DNA of 64,000 nucleotides. It comes from Spirochaetia bacterium. GTDB lineage: Bacteria; Spirochaetota; Spirochaetia; UBA9216. Made by a program: the position numbers and the translations under genes. The notes below the pieces were generated by a model. It did not search any database, had not been told where the DNA came from, and saw nothing but the letters and a program-made list of their open reading frames with translations. Where the stretch lies: positions 544,001-608,000 of the forward strand of contig OZ223270.1 of NCBI GenBank assembly GCA_965140585.1, in the 5' to 3' direction. The stretch's first letter is position 1. Each line of letters begins with the position of its first letter. This document shows, in pieces, positions 40,391 through 53,300 of the stretch.

Positions 40391-40819
40391 TTATCTACCA
40401 TTTAGTAGAAAGAGTATAATTGCACCAATAGTCATAAAAGGTGCAAAAGGTATTTTTAATTTTTTAATCTCAAAATTTAATACTACTTTTAGAGTTATCA
40501 GATACAAAATCGCGATTATACTTGCTGAAGTAATTGCAAATAACCAATTCCAGATTCCTAATAATACTGAGACAGATGCGGAAAGTATGGCATCCCCAAG
40601 ACCCATTCCTCCTTTTGTAAGCAATCGAATAAAGAATAAGAATAAAAAACCTACAAAAATACGAATCAAAATTTGTAACAAATTTGAATTGTTAATCCAA
40701 GAATTAATACTCACAAGTATAAGTATTGCACAGTTTAAGGCAATTGGGATTTTGAGTGATTTAAGATCGAAAATTGCAACGATAATTAGGAGTAATATTA
40801 CTATTGTCGATAATGTCAT
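40391..40819 (-). CDS. Prepilin peptidase (A24), short form without the N-terminal methyltransferase domain
   Basis: AIFDLKSLKIP and GMGLGDA catalytic Asp motifs, IPFAPF. Confidence 0.88.
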   Translation of the reverse strand: MTLSTIVILLLIIVAIFDLKSLKIPIALNCAILILVSINSWINNSNLLQILIRIFVGFLFLFFIRLLTKGGMGLGDAILSASVSVLLGIWNWLFAITSASIIAILYLITLKVVLNFEIKKLKIPFAPFMTIGAIILFLLNGR

Positions 40820-40921
40820 AATTTAATTTCCAAATATGTGGAATATATTGAATTATTTAAAATTATTAAAGTCTTGTTTTAAATGTTTATAAAATTATTG
40901 ATTTTAAAAATGGAGATTTAA

Positions 40922-43900
40922 ATGAAGAAAATTATATTACTATTTATTTTTGTACTATCAACTATATCAGGAATCTATGCCGGTATATTTTATGAAACTC
41001 GTAATTATGATTTCACAATTTCTCATAGTAAAAATTCATGTATTTCAGGTACTTCCAACTCACCAACTAATGCATGGGTACGATTAACTCTCTCTTCAAC
41101 TGCAGTAGAATTAGATGCATATGATGTGGGAACCACTTTTACAATAACTGTTAATGGAAAGTCAACTTCAATACCCATAAATTGGGAGGGTGGTAGTATA
41201 ATAATTGATATAATTATTCCAAAAGGGAAATATGTTAACATAAAAGCTAAAACAACTTACTTCAGTAATGAGTATTTGACTTTACGTCCAACTGCTAATG
41301 TGACAGCAGCTTTTAAAAAAGAATTAGTAGATGACAATAAACCCAAAGATGGTGCAGAAATACAAATCCCTGGCGGTTCTATTTATAATAAAACTGATTT
41401 TTATATATCTGCTGAGGCTGTAGATGCAGGAACATCCTCATACAATTACTTCCCATACGAGTCTTCTGGATTCGAGGAATTATCTGGAATTAAAAATTAC
41501 ATTTTTAAAGTAAAAAAATATATTAGCGATACTCAATCTACTACGATATTAGAAAATATTGAGGTGGTTAATAAGATTGTAAATCACCTATCTATACTAA
41601 ATGATAATTTAATAGGAAGTGGGAAATATACAATAAGTGGAGTTGTCTATGATGCTAATGGGAATGGACCAACACCTTTGAATTCTAAGACTGTACTCAT
41701 TGACGCGGATGCCCCATCAGCTCCTGAATCTATTTCCGTAAGCTATGATGGAGGTACAGATTCTGAGGATATCGTTCTTTCAGACCTAGGTAGCGAAAAG
41801 AATATTGGTTTTTATAGATCTCCTTTATATTTAAGTGCTTCTATTCCAACAGATAATCCTAATGACGCAGATTGTAGAAGTGGGATTGATTCTTATTCAC
41901 AAACAATGAGAATAAATGAGACAGAATATGAAAAAGTATCAGTAGTGAATTTTTCTACAGCAGAAGAAGGTGGAAAATATGATGCAAGTGCCTATTATTT
42001 TGATAATGTAGGAAATAAAGGCAATGAAGCCTCTTTCAATTTCTACATTGATAATAAATCCCCCGATTCTCCAGAATTTCAAACTACTCCTAATTGTATT
42101 CCTGGTCCAAATGATAATAGCTTAATATTTGTCCCTGTAGATAATCAGGGATATTTAGCATGGGAACCCTCTGTGGATGGTACTGAAGAATGGCAAAGTG
42201 GAACAGATGAATATTCTTATAAACTTGAAATGGTTGATTCTGAGGCGAACTCTGCTTATTCAGCATCCATTGAAAATAGTAAAATTGAGTCCAACTCAGA
42301 TGGATTATATCAGACTACCCCAGATGAGCTTTCCATGGGTTCTTATACACTGACTCTTAACGTCTCAGATAAAGTTGGGAATCAAATTGATATAAACACT
42401 AATAAATTTACTGTAAATGTTTCTTATGCTCCTGAACCAGTTGATGTGGATACAATAACTCTTGTTGATCAGGGAGATGGGGAATTTTCTCTTGAGTGGA
42501 ACTATGACAATAATGATGGAGCTGAAGGTTATTGTTTTGATGTAAAGGTCTATAAAACAAGTTCTCCCAAGGATTCTTATGAAATCTGGAATTATGATGA
42601 TAATACAACTCCTATTACTTGGAGTGAAGGAATAACTTACACTTGTTCCTTACCTGTAGATGATCTTCGAACCAAGGTTAAATATACAGCACGTGTATAT
42701 GTCATGAATGCTGATGGTTTTCCGATGTATACTGATTTTGTATTTAACCTTCCAAATAAAGCAGCACAGCTAACTTCAGCTATGTTTGAAATACCAGAGA
42801 AAATGCAACTGTTCGGTAAAGGTTTTCCAGATTTTCGACTTAATAGTATTGACGATTCTGTTCTGCAAGATGATGAAGGGGATTTATTAGGTTTAAAATT
42901 GTTCTATAAAAACCAAGACTCAATTCTTTTCAATGAAATCAATGCAGGGATTCTAGGGGATAGCCCAGTAATAGAAATTAATGCTGATACGGATGGAACT
43001 CCCGAATTAAGTACTGGTGTATATGACTATTATCTAAATGTGGTTGAATATTATGAAGATTGGGATGGGGAGCTAAAATTCTGGAATGAGTTCGAAAGAT
43101 GGCCGATAGCTGTTAATAATACATTTGTAGTGGATGGAAATGCTCCGAAAGGAACTCTTCTTGCGATGAGCAAGACAGATGATTATCTTACAATAAAGGC
43201 TACATCACTTAGTGATGGAAGTGGAGATACAGTCTCAGGTGTGTCTGAAATTGTTTTATGGAATGATGGAACGGGATATACAGGTGAAATAGTTGATTAT
43301 AATTCTACTACTTTCGCTACTAACGTTGCTTCAGGTAAAGGGATAAGAGTTGCTATAGCCGATGGAGATGAAATTACAATTGAAGGCTGGCCGTTTGAAA
43401 CAGAAGATGGTCGAGTAACAGCCAGTATGGTTGTAATAGATGATGTTGGTAATGAATCTGAAACGGTAAAGATTATTGAAGAAGGCACTAATCAAGCTCC
43501 AAGCATTGATGTTTATGTATCTGAAAAGACATTACGAGTTGGCGAAGTATGGGAATGCCCGGATAGTCCAGCTTTTTATGATGCTATCGATGGTGAAGGA
43601 GATGATCTCTCCTGGTATTGGGATTTCGGAGATGGGACAAGTAGTGAGGAAGAATATCCAATAAAGACATATACAGAAAGCGGGGAATATACTGTAGTCC
43701 TTACAGTTAGTGACTGGTGGGAGCAAAGTGATTCTGTCGAGTTCACTTTTTATGCTGAAAATACAACTGAAGGTACACTTTTAATAAGCGAGAACTGGAG
43801 TGGAGAACACACGCTAACCGGGGATGTAGTAATTCCGACCGGGTTAAGTTTGACAATTACTGAAGGTACGACAGTAATAACACCTGAGAATACCGGGATT

Positions 43901-44329
43901 GTAGTATCCGCTGGTGCAAGCCTAACTATTAGCGGAAGTGCAGATAATAAAGTGAATATTGGTCCAGTGCTGACAGTTGAGCCATATCCCTTTTGGAATG
44001 GTTTAGTTATAAATGGAATGTCGAATATTACCTTTACAAACTTGAAAAATGGAGTAAGAGCTATCGCCGCAGGTCCTGGTTCTACAGTTACTCTAGATGA
44101 TTGTAATTTCATTGACAACAAAATCGGCCTGCACATTGTCGGAACGTCAGTAATCCTGTCAGGAGAAAATAGTTTTATCGGTAATTTATGGTATGGCATC
44201 AAGGAAGATTCAGTTATAGAACATCCGGATCTTAGTGGATGTCTATTTAATGATAATAAAAATGATTACTACCATCAGGACTTACTGATCCTAAATGGTG
44301 ATGATCTTATTGAATATATTGGAAATTAA
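40922..44329 (+). CDS. Large secreted Ig-like/PKD/beta-helix protein
   Basis: Signal peptide; repeated D..GN...ID..AP Ig-like units; PKD (YWDFGDG...YTESGEYTVVLTVSD); C-terminal beta-helix-like region. Confidence 0.75.
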   Translation: MKKIILLFIFVLSTISGIYAGIFYETRNYDFTISHSKNSCISGTSNSPTNAWVRLTLSSTAVELDAYDVGTTFTITVNGKSTSIPINWEGGSIIIDIIIPKGKYVNIKAKTTYFSNEYLTLRPTANVTAAFKKELVDDNKPKDGAEIQIPGGSIYNKTDFYISAEAVDAGTSSYNYFPYESSGFEELSGIKNYIFKVKKYISDTQSTTILENIEVVNKIVNHLSILNDNLIGSGKYTISGVVYDANGNGPTPLNSKTVLIDADAPSAPESISVSYDGGTDSEDIVLSDLGSEKNIGFYRSPLYLSASIPTDNPNDADCRSGIDSYSQTMRINETEYEKVSVVNFSTAEEGGKYDASAYYFDNVGNKGNEASFNFYIDNKSPDSPEFQTTPNCIPGPNDNSLIFVPVDNQGYLAWEPSVDGTEEWQSGTDEYSYKLEMVDSEANSAYSASIENSKIESNSDGLYQTTPDELSMGSYTLTLNVSDKVGNQIDINTNKFTVNVSYAPEPVDVDTITLVDQGDGEFSLEWNYDNNDGAEGYCFDVKVYKTSSPKDSYEIWNYDDNTTPITWSEGITYTCSLPVDDLRTKVKYTARVYVMNADGFPMYTDFVFNLPNKAAQLTSAMFEIPEKMQLFGKGFPDFRLNSIDDSVLQDDEGDLLGLKLFYKNQDSILFNEINAGILGDSPVIEINADTDGTPELSTGVYDYYLNVVEYYEDWDGELKFWNEFERWPIAVNNTFVVDGNAPKGTLLAMSKTDDYLTIKATSLSDGSGDTVSGVSEIVLWNDGTGYTGEIVDYNSTTFATNVASGKGIRVAIADGDEITIEGWPFETEDGRVTASMVVIDDVGNESETVKIIEEGTNQAPSIDVYVSEKTLRVGEVWECPDSPAFYDAIDGEGDDLSWYWDFGDGTSSEEEYPIKTYTESGEYTVVLTVSDWWEQSDSVEFTFYAENTTEGTLLISENWSGEHTLTGDVVIPTGLSLTITEGTTVITPENTGIVVSAGASLTISGSADNKVNIGPVLTVEPYPFWNGLVINGMSNITFTNLKNGVRAIAAGPGSTVTLDDCNFIDNKIGLHIVGTSVILSGENSFIGNLWYGIKEDSVIEHPDLSGCLFNDNKNDYYHQDLLILNGDDLIEYIGN

Positions 44330-44334
44330 AAAAG

Positions 44335-47300
44335 GTGAGAGTAAAAATGAAAATGACAAGAAAAATATCAATTATTATAGTTTTATTATTTATATCACTG
44401 TTTAATGTCCATGCTGCGGCAGGAAATCTTGAGTTGAGTATAACAGGATCCTCCAATAATACTGATGTGTTGAATCCTGCTGAATATGCAGCAGATGATA
44501 ATATGCTGACTTATTGGGCGCTTGACCCTGAAGAAACTAATGGCTGGTTTGAAGTCAGCCTGGATGAATTATCATGTATTTATGCAATAGAGCTTTCCGG
44601 AACACTTGATACCGAAAATGTTATCAACTTTGAATACAATTCAGATGGAATCTGGAAAAGTTTTATCAATACTGAAATTACTTCCATTGGCTCAAGTGGC
44701 GAATATATTGATCTATCTGGTTATAAAATAGTAACCGATAAAATCAGGGTTTATCTGCAAGGTGAAGATACGAGTTATAGTTTCATTGAAGAGTTTAGTA
44801 TTTTTGGTGAAAGTTATTCTGATACATATCATAAATTGGGGATTAGTAATGTTAGCGGAGAGGAAAACATTTTCTACCCGTTATCAAATCTTACGGATGA
44901 GAATACAAAAACTTACTGGGAGACTGAAAGTATAGGTACCTGGATAGTAAGTATACTTCAGGGGGCTAAAAACTGGATAACTGACTGTTTTGAGACTGGT
45001 AACTTTAATTTTAGAAAAAGAAGCAGTTTATGGGAAGATGAAAACGGAGCAGTTATAAGTTTAGCGGAAACATCGACAATCTATCGAATAAAAGCTTATC
45101 TTTCGCAAGATTATTCAGGAAAGATAATACTCAATAAATTGGATGATGATGAGTGGACTGAAATTTCAGTAATAGAAGAAGGAACTGAACCGGGCTGGTA
45201 TATTATTGATTTACCCGATGGGCTTAATACTGATTCTATTCAAATAATATCTGAGGATACGGACTGGTGGTCATTGTTCTTGGGCCTCGATACCGCAGAA
45301 ATTACAGGACTTTGTGAAATAGAGTTCTGGGGAAAATCGGATTTACCTTCGAGTAAAGATCTAACGTTTTATACTGAAGATACTAACATAGTTGAAGGAT
45401 TAAACAGTGTTTTCTCTACCTCTGAATCAGAAAATTATGAAGTTGAACTTGTTGTTGATGCAGACGCAGGTGATTTTACATGTATCGAACTAAATGGTAC
45501 TCAAGTACAAATCCCTTTTATTCAGGAAATCGAGGGAGCTTTCTATTATCAGAGTATAATTGATAACGATTTACTCTGGAACGGAGACAACTTTTTAAGG
45601 TTAGAATCCTCTGATTATCACCTACTAAGTGGTTCGATAGTTGGTCTTTCTAAAGATGGAAGCCTTTCTTTCAGCGATGGCATAAAAGATTATTTTACAG
45701 CAGATTCAACCGGATATAATGAGATTGAATTTGATTCAGAAATTTCACTTGAAGAAGTTCTATTGACAACTAATGATGTTTCCAATGAGAGAGTTTATTA
45801 CAGATCAGAAAATCAATGGTTTGAATTGGCCTGGAGTGGGGTAAGTGAGCATTCAGAAATATATTCAATTTTTCTTTCAGAATCAGGAAATAATACTAAT
45901 CTGGTGGCTGATTGTATACGAATTGAAGGCTTGACATCAGGAGAGCAATACGGGGTTACTGTTAAAGGCAGTAGAATATCAGATAGTGCACCGCAGATTC
46001 AGATGTACTGGCCAAAAAATGGTGAAGTTATTGAACAAAGCGGACTGGGTACAATGTTCGCGGTAGGTTATGTCGATGATGAGAATGCTGTTATCACTGT
46101 TAATGATGAAGCAGCACAGAATATCGGTAACCTTTTCTGGATTGCAAATATGCCTGGTGATGTTATCACAGATGGTGAATATGCACTTCATATAGCTGCA
46201 ACAGATTCAGAGGGAAGGACAACTGAGAAAACAATATACTGGTCTAATATTGACAGTAATGTCTACAATTGTGATCTCGGTGAAGATATTATTTATACTC
46301 TTGATGACAGTATCACAGTAGAAGGGGGTACAAATCCTTCTGCGACTGTTTATATAAATGATGAAATAGTTGACAGTAGTAGCCAGCGATATTCCAAAGA
46401 TATTGAACTTGCTCCGGGACTTAATATTATTACGATTAAATTTGTTCATCGGACACAGGGGGTATTCGCACTTCTTCAAAGACGTATTTTTCTTGTCACA
46501 ACAGAACCCGTTCTTGAAATTAGCCAGCCTAACGATATTGATTATATATCAGTACAGCAAATTGATGTGTCAGGAATTTTGTCAGTATCTGGAGCCTACG
46601 AAATTGAATGCGAAGGTTATAAAGTGCAAGATGATGGAACTTTGTTTACTGTTCCTTCAGTGACTCTTGTAAGTGGAGCCTACAATGATATTATAGTAAC
46701 TTTAACCGATCAGTTTGGAAGAACATCAACCGATAGCGTATCTGTTTTCTGCGATATAAATGCTCCGGTGTTAACAGGTATAACACCAGAAAGCGGGTCA
46801 ATATTATCTGAGAGTGTAAATACTTTTGTAATCACAACCTCAGATGAAAGTGAGCTTTCAGTTTTTATGGATGGACTGGTAGTACCTGGAGGAAGCGGAA
46901 TATTTGAAAAGACTATTTCGCTTTTAGATGGGTTTTATTCTCTTTCTCTGGTTTTAAAAGATAAGGCTGGAAATACTACACAGGTTTATCTTGATTACAC
47001 AGTGGATACTGTACCTCCGGTTGATTTTACAGTCGATGTAACCCCTGCTGGTTGGACCTCTGATAATCAGCCTATAATCAGTTTTGAAACAACAGATGCC
47101 ACTTCCGGTGTTGATTGTTATGAGTTGTCAATTGATGAAGGCAGTTTCTATGTAATTGAAAGTCCATACCAGCTGCCAGTTCAGAGTGAAGGTGAGCATA
47201 CAATTGCTGTGAGAGCTGTAGATAACGCAGGACATATGACATATTCATATGCAGAAACAAAAACAGATACAATTCCGCCTGATATTTTGACAGATATTGA

Positions 47301-50300
47301 GATTGTCCCAGGCAATGGTCAACTTGTCTTAAAATGGGAAGATGGAAATGATGATGTAATTGCATATGAAATCGTGCGTACTCCTGCCTGGGATTTAGAT
47401 GAACAAATCAGAGTTGATCGAGCAGATGAGATACAGGAGTATCTTGATACAGAAGTTATAGACGGGAATACATATTCATATTTTATCAGATCTGTAGATA
47501 GAGCGGAGAATAAAGGTGTATTTTCAGCTGCAAATAGCGCGATACCTGGTATTGAGACTGAATTATTAATTGAAGATGGTATTACAAAGGTAGAGTATGA
47601 GACTGCTACTTTATATTTAAAGAAGGAAGGATTACCAGGGGATGCTGTTAGTGTAAGAATTGCTGAAGCAGATCCAGAATGGCAAACTGAAGCTGATGAA
47701 GATTTTGAACATGATTTTGTTGGTGCAGTATATAATTTTTCACTTCTTGACAGTAATGGAGAAGATGTATCATCCGGAGATGTTTTTTCTCAACCATACA
47801 TTGGTATAATTGACTATAATCCCGAATTACTTCCAGAAGGCTTTAATGAAGAAAACTTAAGTGTATATACTTTTGATCGACGATGGGGTCGCTGGGAACG
47901 CATTGAGGATTGCTCAGTAGTTCCAGAGAGTAATCAGATTGTATTTACTTCAATGCATTTTTCAATGTATGCACCAGTAGCAACTTCAGTTCAGGATCTA
48001 TCACCTGAGGAAATTGCTGATGCAGGATATTCTCCATTTGGCACTTATGTTAACCATGAAGGGTTTACTGTAAGTCCACAAGGAGGAAATGCTCACACAA
48101 GTATGACCGAACTTGTGCTAACCGGGCCAAGTGGTTTTGATTTTGAATTAAAACGATATTATGATTTGACCGTTGCAAAAATGGATACCAGAGCAGATAT
48201 TCCTTCATGGGCAATAAAATATTTAGAAAACCAGGGTGATTATGCATACTCTATGGGTAAAGGTTGGAGGTTGAACCTTCCGTATATTAAAAATGCATCT
48301 TCACAACAGTATCTTGTGATGCCGGATGGAAGTATGTATGGATTTGAATCCCTTGAATTAGAAGATTCATCAATAATCTCTACTAATAGAACACTTTATC
48401 TTGAAGGTCATACCGGAGAACATTTTAGTTTGATGGTTAAGCAATCAAAAAAGGAAGAAGAAGTATATTTTATTGGAGCAGAAGGTGTTGTTGAACATAC
48501 ATGGACTTCGCTTTATTACATCCTGACTTTAAATGATGGTACAAGATATGTAATGGATTCAAAAGGAAGAACAAAGAAGATATTGAGCCCTGAAAGTCTT
48601 GAACAACCAGGCTTTCTGGGATTCCTAAATCTTATGTCTGGATTTGAAGTTAATATCAGTTATGTAGACGATGGATATGAAATTTCACAGATTGAAGATT
48701 CAATTGGCAGGAAGATCAATTTTGAATACGCTGGGATAAGTGATTCACTCGCAGTCCCATATATCACAAAAATTAGTTTAGACTCAAATGATCCTTATGG
48801 AAGAAGTATTAGTTATACCCAAAATGATGGTTATTTAACTTCATGTACAGATGTAGGTGGAAGAACTTGGACATACAGCTATGATAATGCGTATTATATC
48901 GGAGGTGCATCAAATCCGATACCTTTTAATCTTACCGATGCTCTTGATGATTATTCAGATGATTCGGAACTTAATGATTTAATCGATAAATTATCAGAAC
49001 CAACTTCAAATTATACTTATAAACCACTATATGCTATAGAAGGCTCTGGTAAAGGACGTATTGAAGTAACTTATGACACAGATAGTCAAAGTTTGGATGG
49101 TGAAGATTATTTAAAGGTAGTTACAAGACAAGTTGCTGTATTCAACGATCATGCAGCGGGAAGTGATGAAAGCGTCCGAGCAACTTGGTATGATTACAGT
49201 TTTACTTACAATGATGATATTGAAGGGTATTATCTTTCTAAAACTATAGTAAATGAATTAAATGATAACAGGTACACAGTTTATAATTATGAATACAGAA
49301 AACTTGTAGAAACATATTGGAATGAAACAGATGACGGAGAGATTGATGAAGTAACTGTTTATGCATCAGAGGATGCAGGAAATAGAATAAGTAGTACTAT
49401 ATTTTATGAGAAGATAAATAATGATATAGACAACCTTAGTCTTTTGAAAGATAAAAGCATAGAATATATTGCAGACACTGATATTAATCCTTCTGCTGAA
49501 ACTATAAAGCATGGTAGTGGCAGTGATTACCTAACTATGAGTTATAGCTATGATGGATGGGGTAACAAGGAAACAGTCACAGAAGAAAATCACTCTAGTG
49601 GAAGAATACGGAAAAATATTACATATAGAATATTCTCAAGCGGAAATCAGGTGGTTGGTGCTTCTTTTAAAGATTATTCAAATAGCGGTTTAACTAATGG
49701 TAGTATCCCAGCGAGGATAAAGAGTCTTATTATCAAAGAGGAAATTGACAATTATTCACCTATTATTGTCTCAAATGGAACGGCTTCGAATGATGTTGGA
49801 ACAGCAAAGAAGGAATATATATATTACTCTTATAACGACGATGGAAGGATAACTGGCAAAGCGATCTGGGATTCTTCAAATAATAAGTGGCAAAAAACTG
49901 ACTATGTTTGGAATTCTGTTGGTGATATGACTCAGGTAACTAATCCTGATGGGCATATAATCGCATATACTTATGATGATGACCATTATCTGTCTGGTAA
50001 AACAGAGAAAGCAATTAAGGATGTAGATGGAAATTCATCTGATCTTAGTTGGCTATATGATTATGATTGGACGGGATGGAAAGTTAGTGAAACTGACCCA
50101 AAGAATCAAGTAATCACACTGACATATGACAAACTTGGAAGAATTACTAGTAAGAGTGAACCAGGTGATGCAGGTGGGATCTATAAAACCTCTGTAAGTT
50201 ATAATGATAGTCTCGGAAGTTTAAGTTCTGTTATGACAGACTCATTTGGTAGAGAGGTAAAAAGAGAATATAATGATCTTGGTCAGATGGTAAAACAAAG

Positions 50301-53300
50301 TAGCTATATTGCTTCTGACAAAGCTGCAATTGTAGAGTTATCATATGATCGCTGGGGAAATGTTGTAGAAATGATAAATCCGAATATGCTGATGGATGAT
50401 GCTGGCGATAAAAATGAGTATATAACCTATTATAGCTACAACGCCCTTGGTCGCCTGGACAAGATATCTTACCCATATGAATCTGATACCGGATCTGTAT
50501 ATAAGTCGATGGATTATAATTATAATACCAATACACTCACAATTACCGATGAAGAAGGTAATCAAACCGTAGAACTTTATGATATGAAAGGAAATATCCT
50601 AAAAAGAACTCAAAGTGTAGATGGTGAATCAATAATTACATCATTCTGGTATGATGGTTTAGGTAATATGATTGCACAACAGGGACCTATTTCTGATGCA
50701 GTAATTACTAACCAGTTTAACAGTTTAAATCAGTTGGTAAATGTAAAGCAACCCTCTGAAACATTTTATGAAAATGGTGTGTTAACTACCTCAAGGCCAG
50801 AAGTCTCTTATTATTATGATGAAAATGGAGATGTAGTTAAAGAATCAAAAATTGTATCGGATGGGGAGAGAATTACACTAACTGAATATGATGAGCTTGG
50901 AAGAACCATTGCAGTAGAGTATAAAGACGGAGATGAAGTTCTTGCGAGTGAAAAATATTATTATGATGAGTTAAACAACCTTGAGAAGAAAATAGATCCT
51001 AACAATCTTGTTACAAATTACACATATACACCAAGAAACAATATAAAAACAGAAACTGATCCTGAAGGTTGGAAGACATCATATGAATATTATGAGGATG
51101 GACTTATAAAAAGTACTATTGACCCAAGAGGGAATAGTGGGAATTACAGTGGGTTAGATTTTAAAGTAACATACAATTATGATAATTTAAAACGACTTAC
51201 AAGTGCAGAGCTGCCCGCTAAAGTTGATGGAGGAGAAAGGCTTAAAATAACTTTTGAATATGATCTTTTAGGAAATCTTACTAAGCAAACCGGTATTGAT
51301 GGTCTTGTGACAACATATGAATATACTCCAAGACGTTGGTTAAGATCTCAGAATGTAACCGGGGATGGTAAAAGTTATCTGACTGAGAACGAATATGATA
51401 AAAAAGGCAATATAACTAAAACAGTAGATCCTCGTGGTGAACGTATCGTAATGGACTATGATGAACTGGATAGGCTTATATATAAGAAATCCGCAGAAGA
51501 TGATATCAATAGATTCGACTATGATGAGGCAGGAAATTTAATAGAATCATCATGGTATAAGAACGGAATTGAGATATCTGCAAGATATGATTATGATGAT
51601 TATGGAAGGCTGTTGACCCAGTATCTACCAGTAGAGACTTCAGACAACAGTACTGATATTGAAAAAGCTCTTCTCTATGACCGGCTTGGAAATCTTACTA
51701 AAGAAACAGATGCTCTTGGAAATAGTGTCTACTATGAATATGACGGGTTAAATCGTTTAGTTCAGGAGACAAGTGATGCTGGTTTTACAAAAAGTTATGA
51801 CTACGATGATGGCGGCAGGTTAATTGAGAGTATAGATGCAAATGGAAATGTTAGCAGCTATGGTTATAATGATCGTGGATTATTGCTAGTTAGAAATATA
51901 AATGGAATCAATGGGGCGAAATCGCTCACCTATGATTATGATGAGGCAGGAAACCTCAAATGGGCACAAGATGATAGTGTTTATACAGGTTATAATGGGG
52001 CGGAACCAGGATTAAATGGATCTTATATCCCGGATGTTTATGGTCGTATCAAAGCGGTTATGACCCAATTAGACGGGAATAATTTTGATATTGAGTATCA
52101 GTATAATATATCTGATCAATTAGTAGGGATTACGGGTCCAGATGGAAATACAGTAGATTACAGTTATAATCTGCTAGGAGAGATCTTGGATGTTGAAGGT
52201 TATTTATTATCAGCACCGGTATATGATGAAGGTGGATTAATTACATCAATCACAGCAGCAAACGGAGTATCTCTTGGTATAGAGTATGATGGTGAGGGTA
52301 GAATAACTGACAGGGTTTTTAATGGACAGGAAGAAAGTTTTGAAAAGAAGTATTATCTATCATATGATACAGCAGGAAATATCTCAACCTTAACCAACGC
52401 AAGTGGTGTTCAGAGCACTTATTCCTATGATATTAAAAATCAGCTGATCTCTGCATATTTAAGAGGTGGTTTTGGTATAGCTACTGAAAATACCACAAAT
52501 CAGGAAACGGTAGCAATTGAAACCGATGATGTTAATGGTGAAGGGATTCTAGAAGAGGTCGATAAAACTGAGATTTCATTAGATCATGCAGCAGGAAGTA
52601 TAGGTGTATCTCTTAATGGAAGTTATAAAGTTGCAAGAATATATCTTAATCCTGAAAGTGTTGATAATAGGGTAGAATCAGAAAATTTGAGAATATTCTT
52701 GAGTGCTGATAATACGGAAGGAAGCTATATTGAACAGACTGACTTCAGAATAAATGAAAATGAAGAAGGTGGTTTTGAAATAATTTTAAGACAACCAGTT
52801 ACAGCTTCATTTGTCAAAGTTATGACTGATTTCAATGAACGGGATATAGATTATAACCCTGTAGATAATTCAGAATTTAAAGGGTCTCCGGAAGAAATAA
52901 TAAAAGTATATCATTATCTCTCTCTGAGGATAGAAAAATATAATTACGACAATGCTGGCAATCGGACATCGGAAAAAGTAAGCTATGTGAGTGATGAGTT
53001 TAAGGGTGTAGATAAAACATATGAATATTATCCAAAAACAAATAGAGTACTAACCGATGGAAAATTTATATATCAGTATGATTCTAACGGAAATATTTTA
53101 GCGAAAGGTACAATGATTATAGTATCTGGAGTCGAAACAGCGATAAGTGATATCTCCGATTGGGCTCAATTTACTGATAGTACAAACAGTATAGAGTATG
53201 GAATCTCCGGAGAATTGTGGGAATATGAATATGATGTACTAAACAGACTAATTACTGTAAGTAAGAATGCGGAGGATGTTGCAAGTTATACTTACGATGC

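Noticed and set aside
30697-40819. Type IV pilus or Tad locus
   Set aside because: The major pilin has GspG-specific motifs (WNGPYL, DPWG, SFGADG); no PilT or Tad genes
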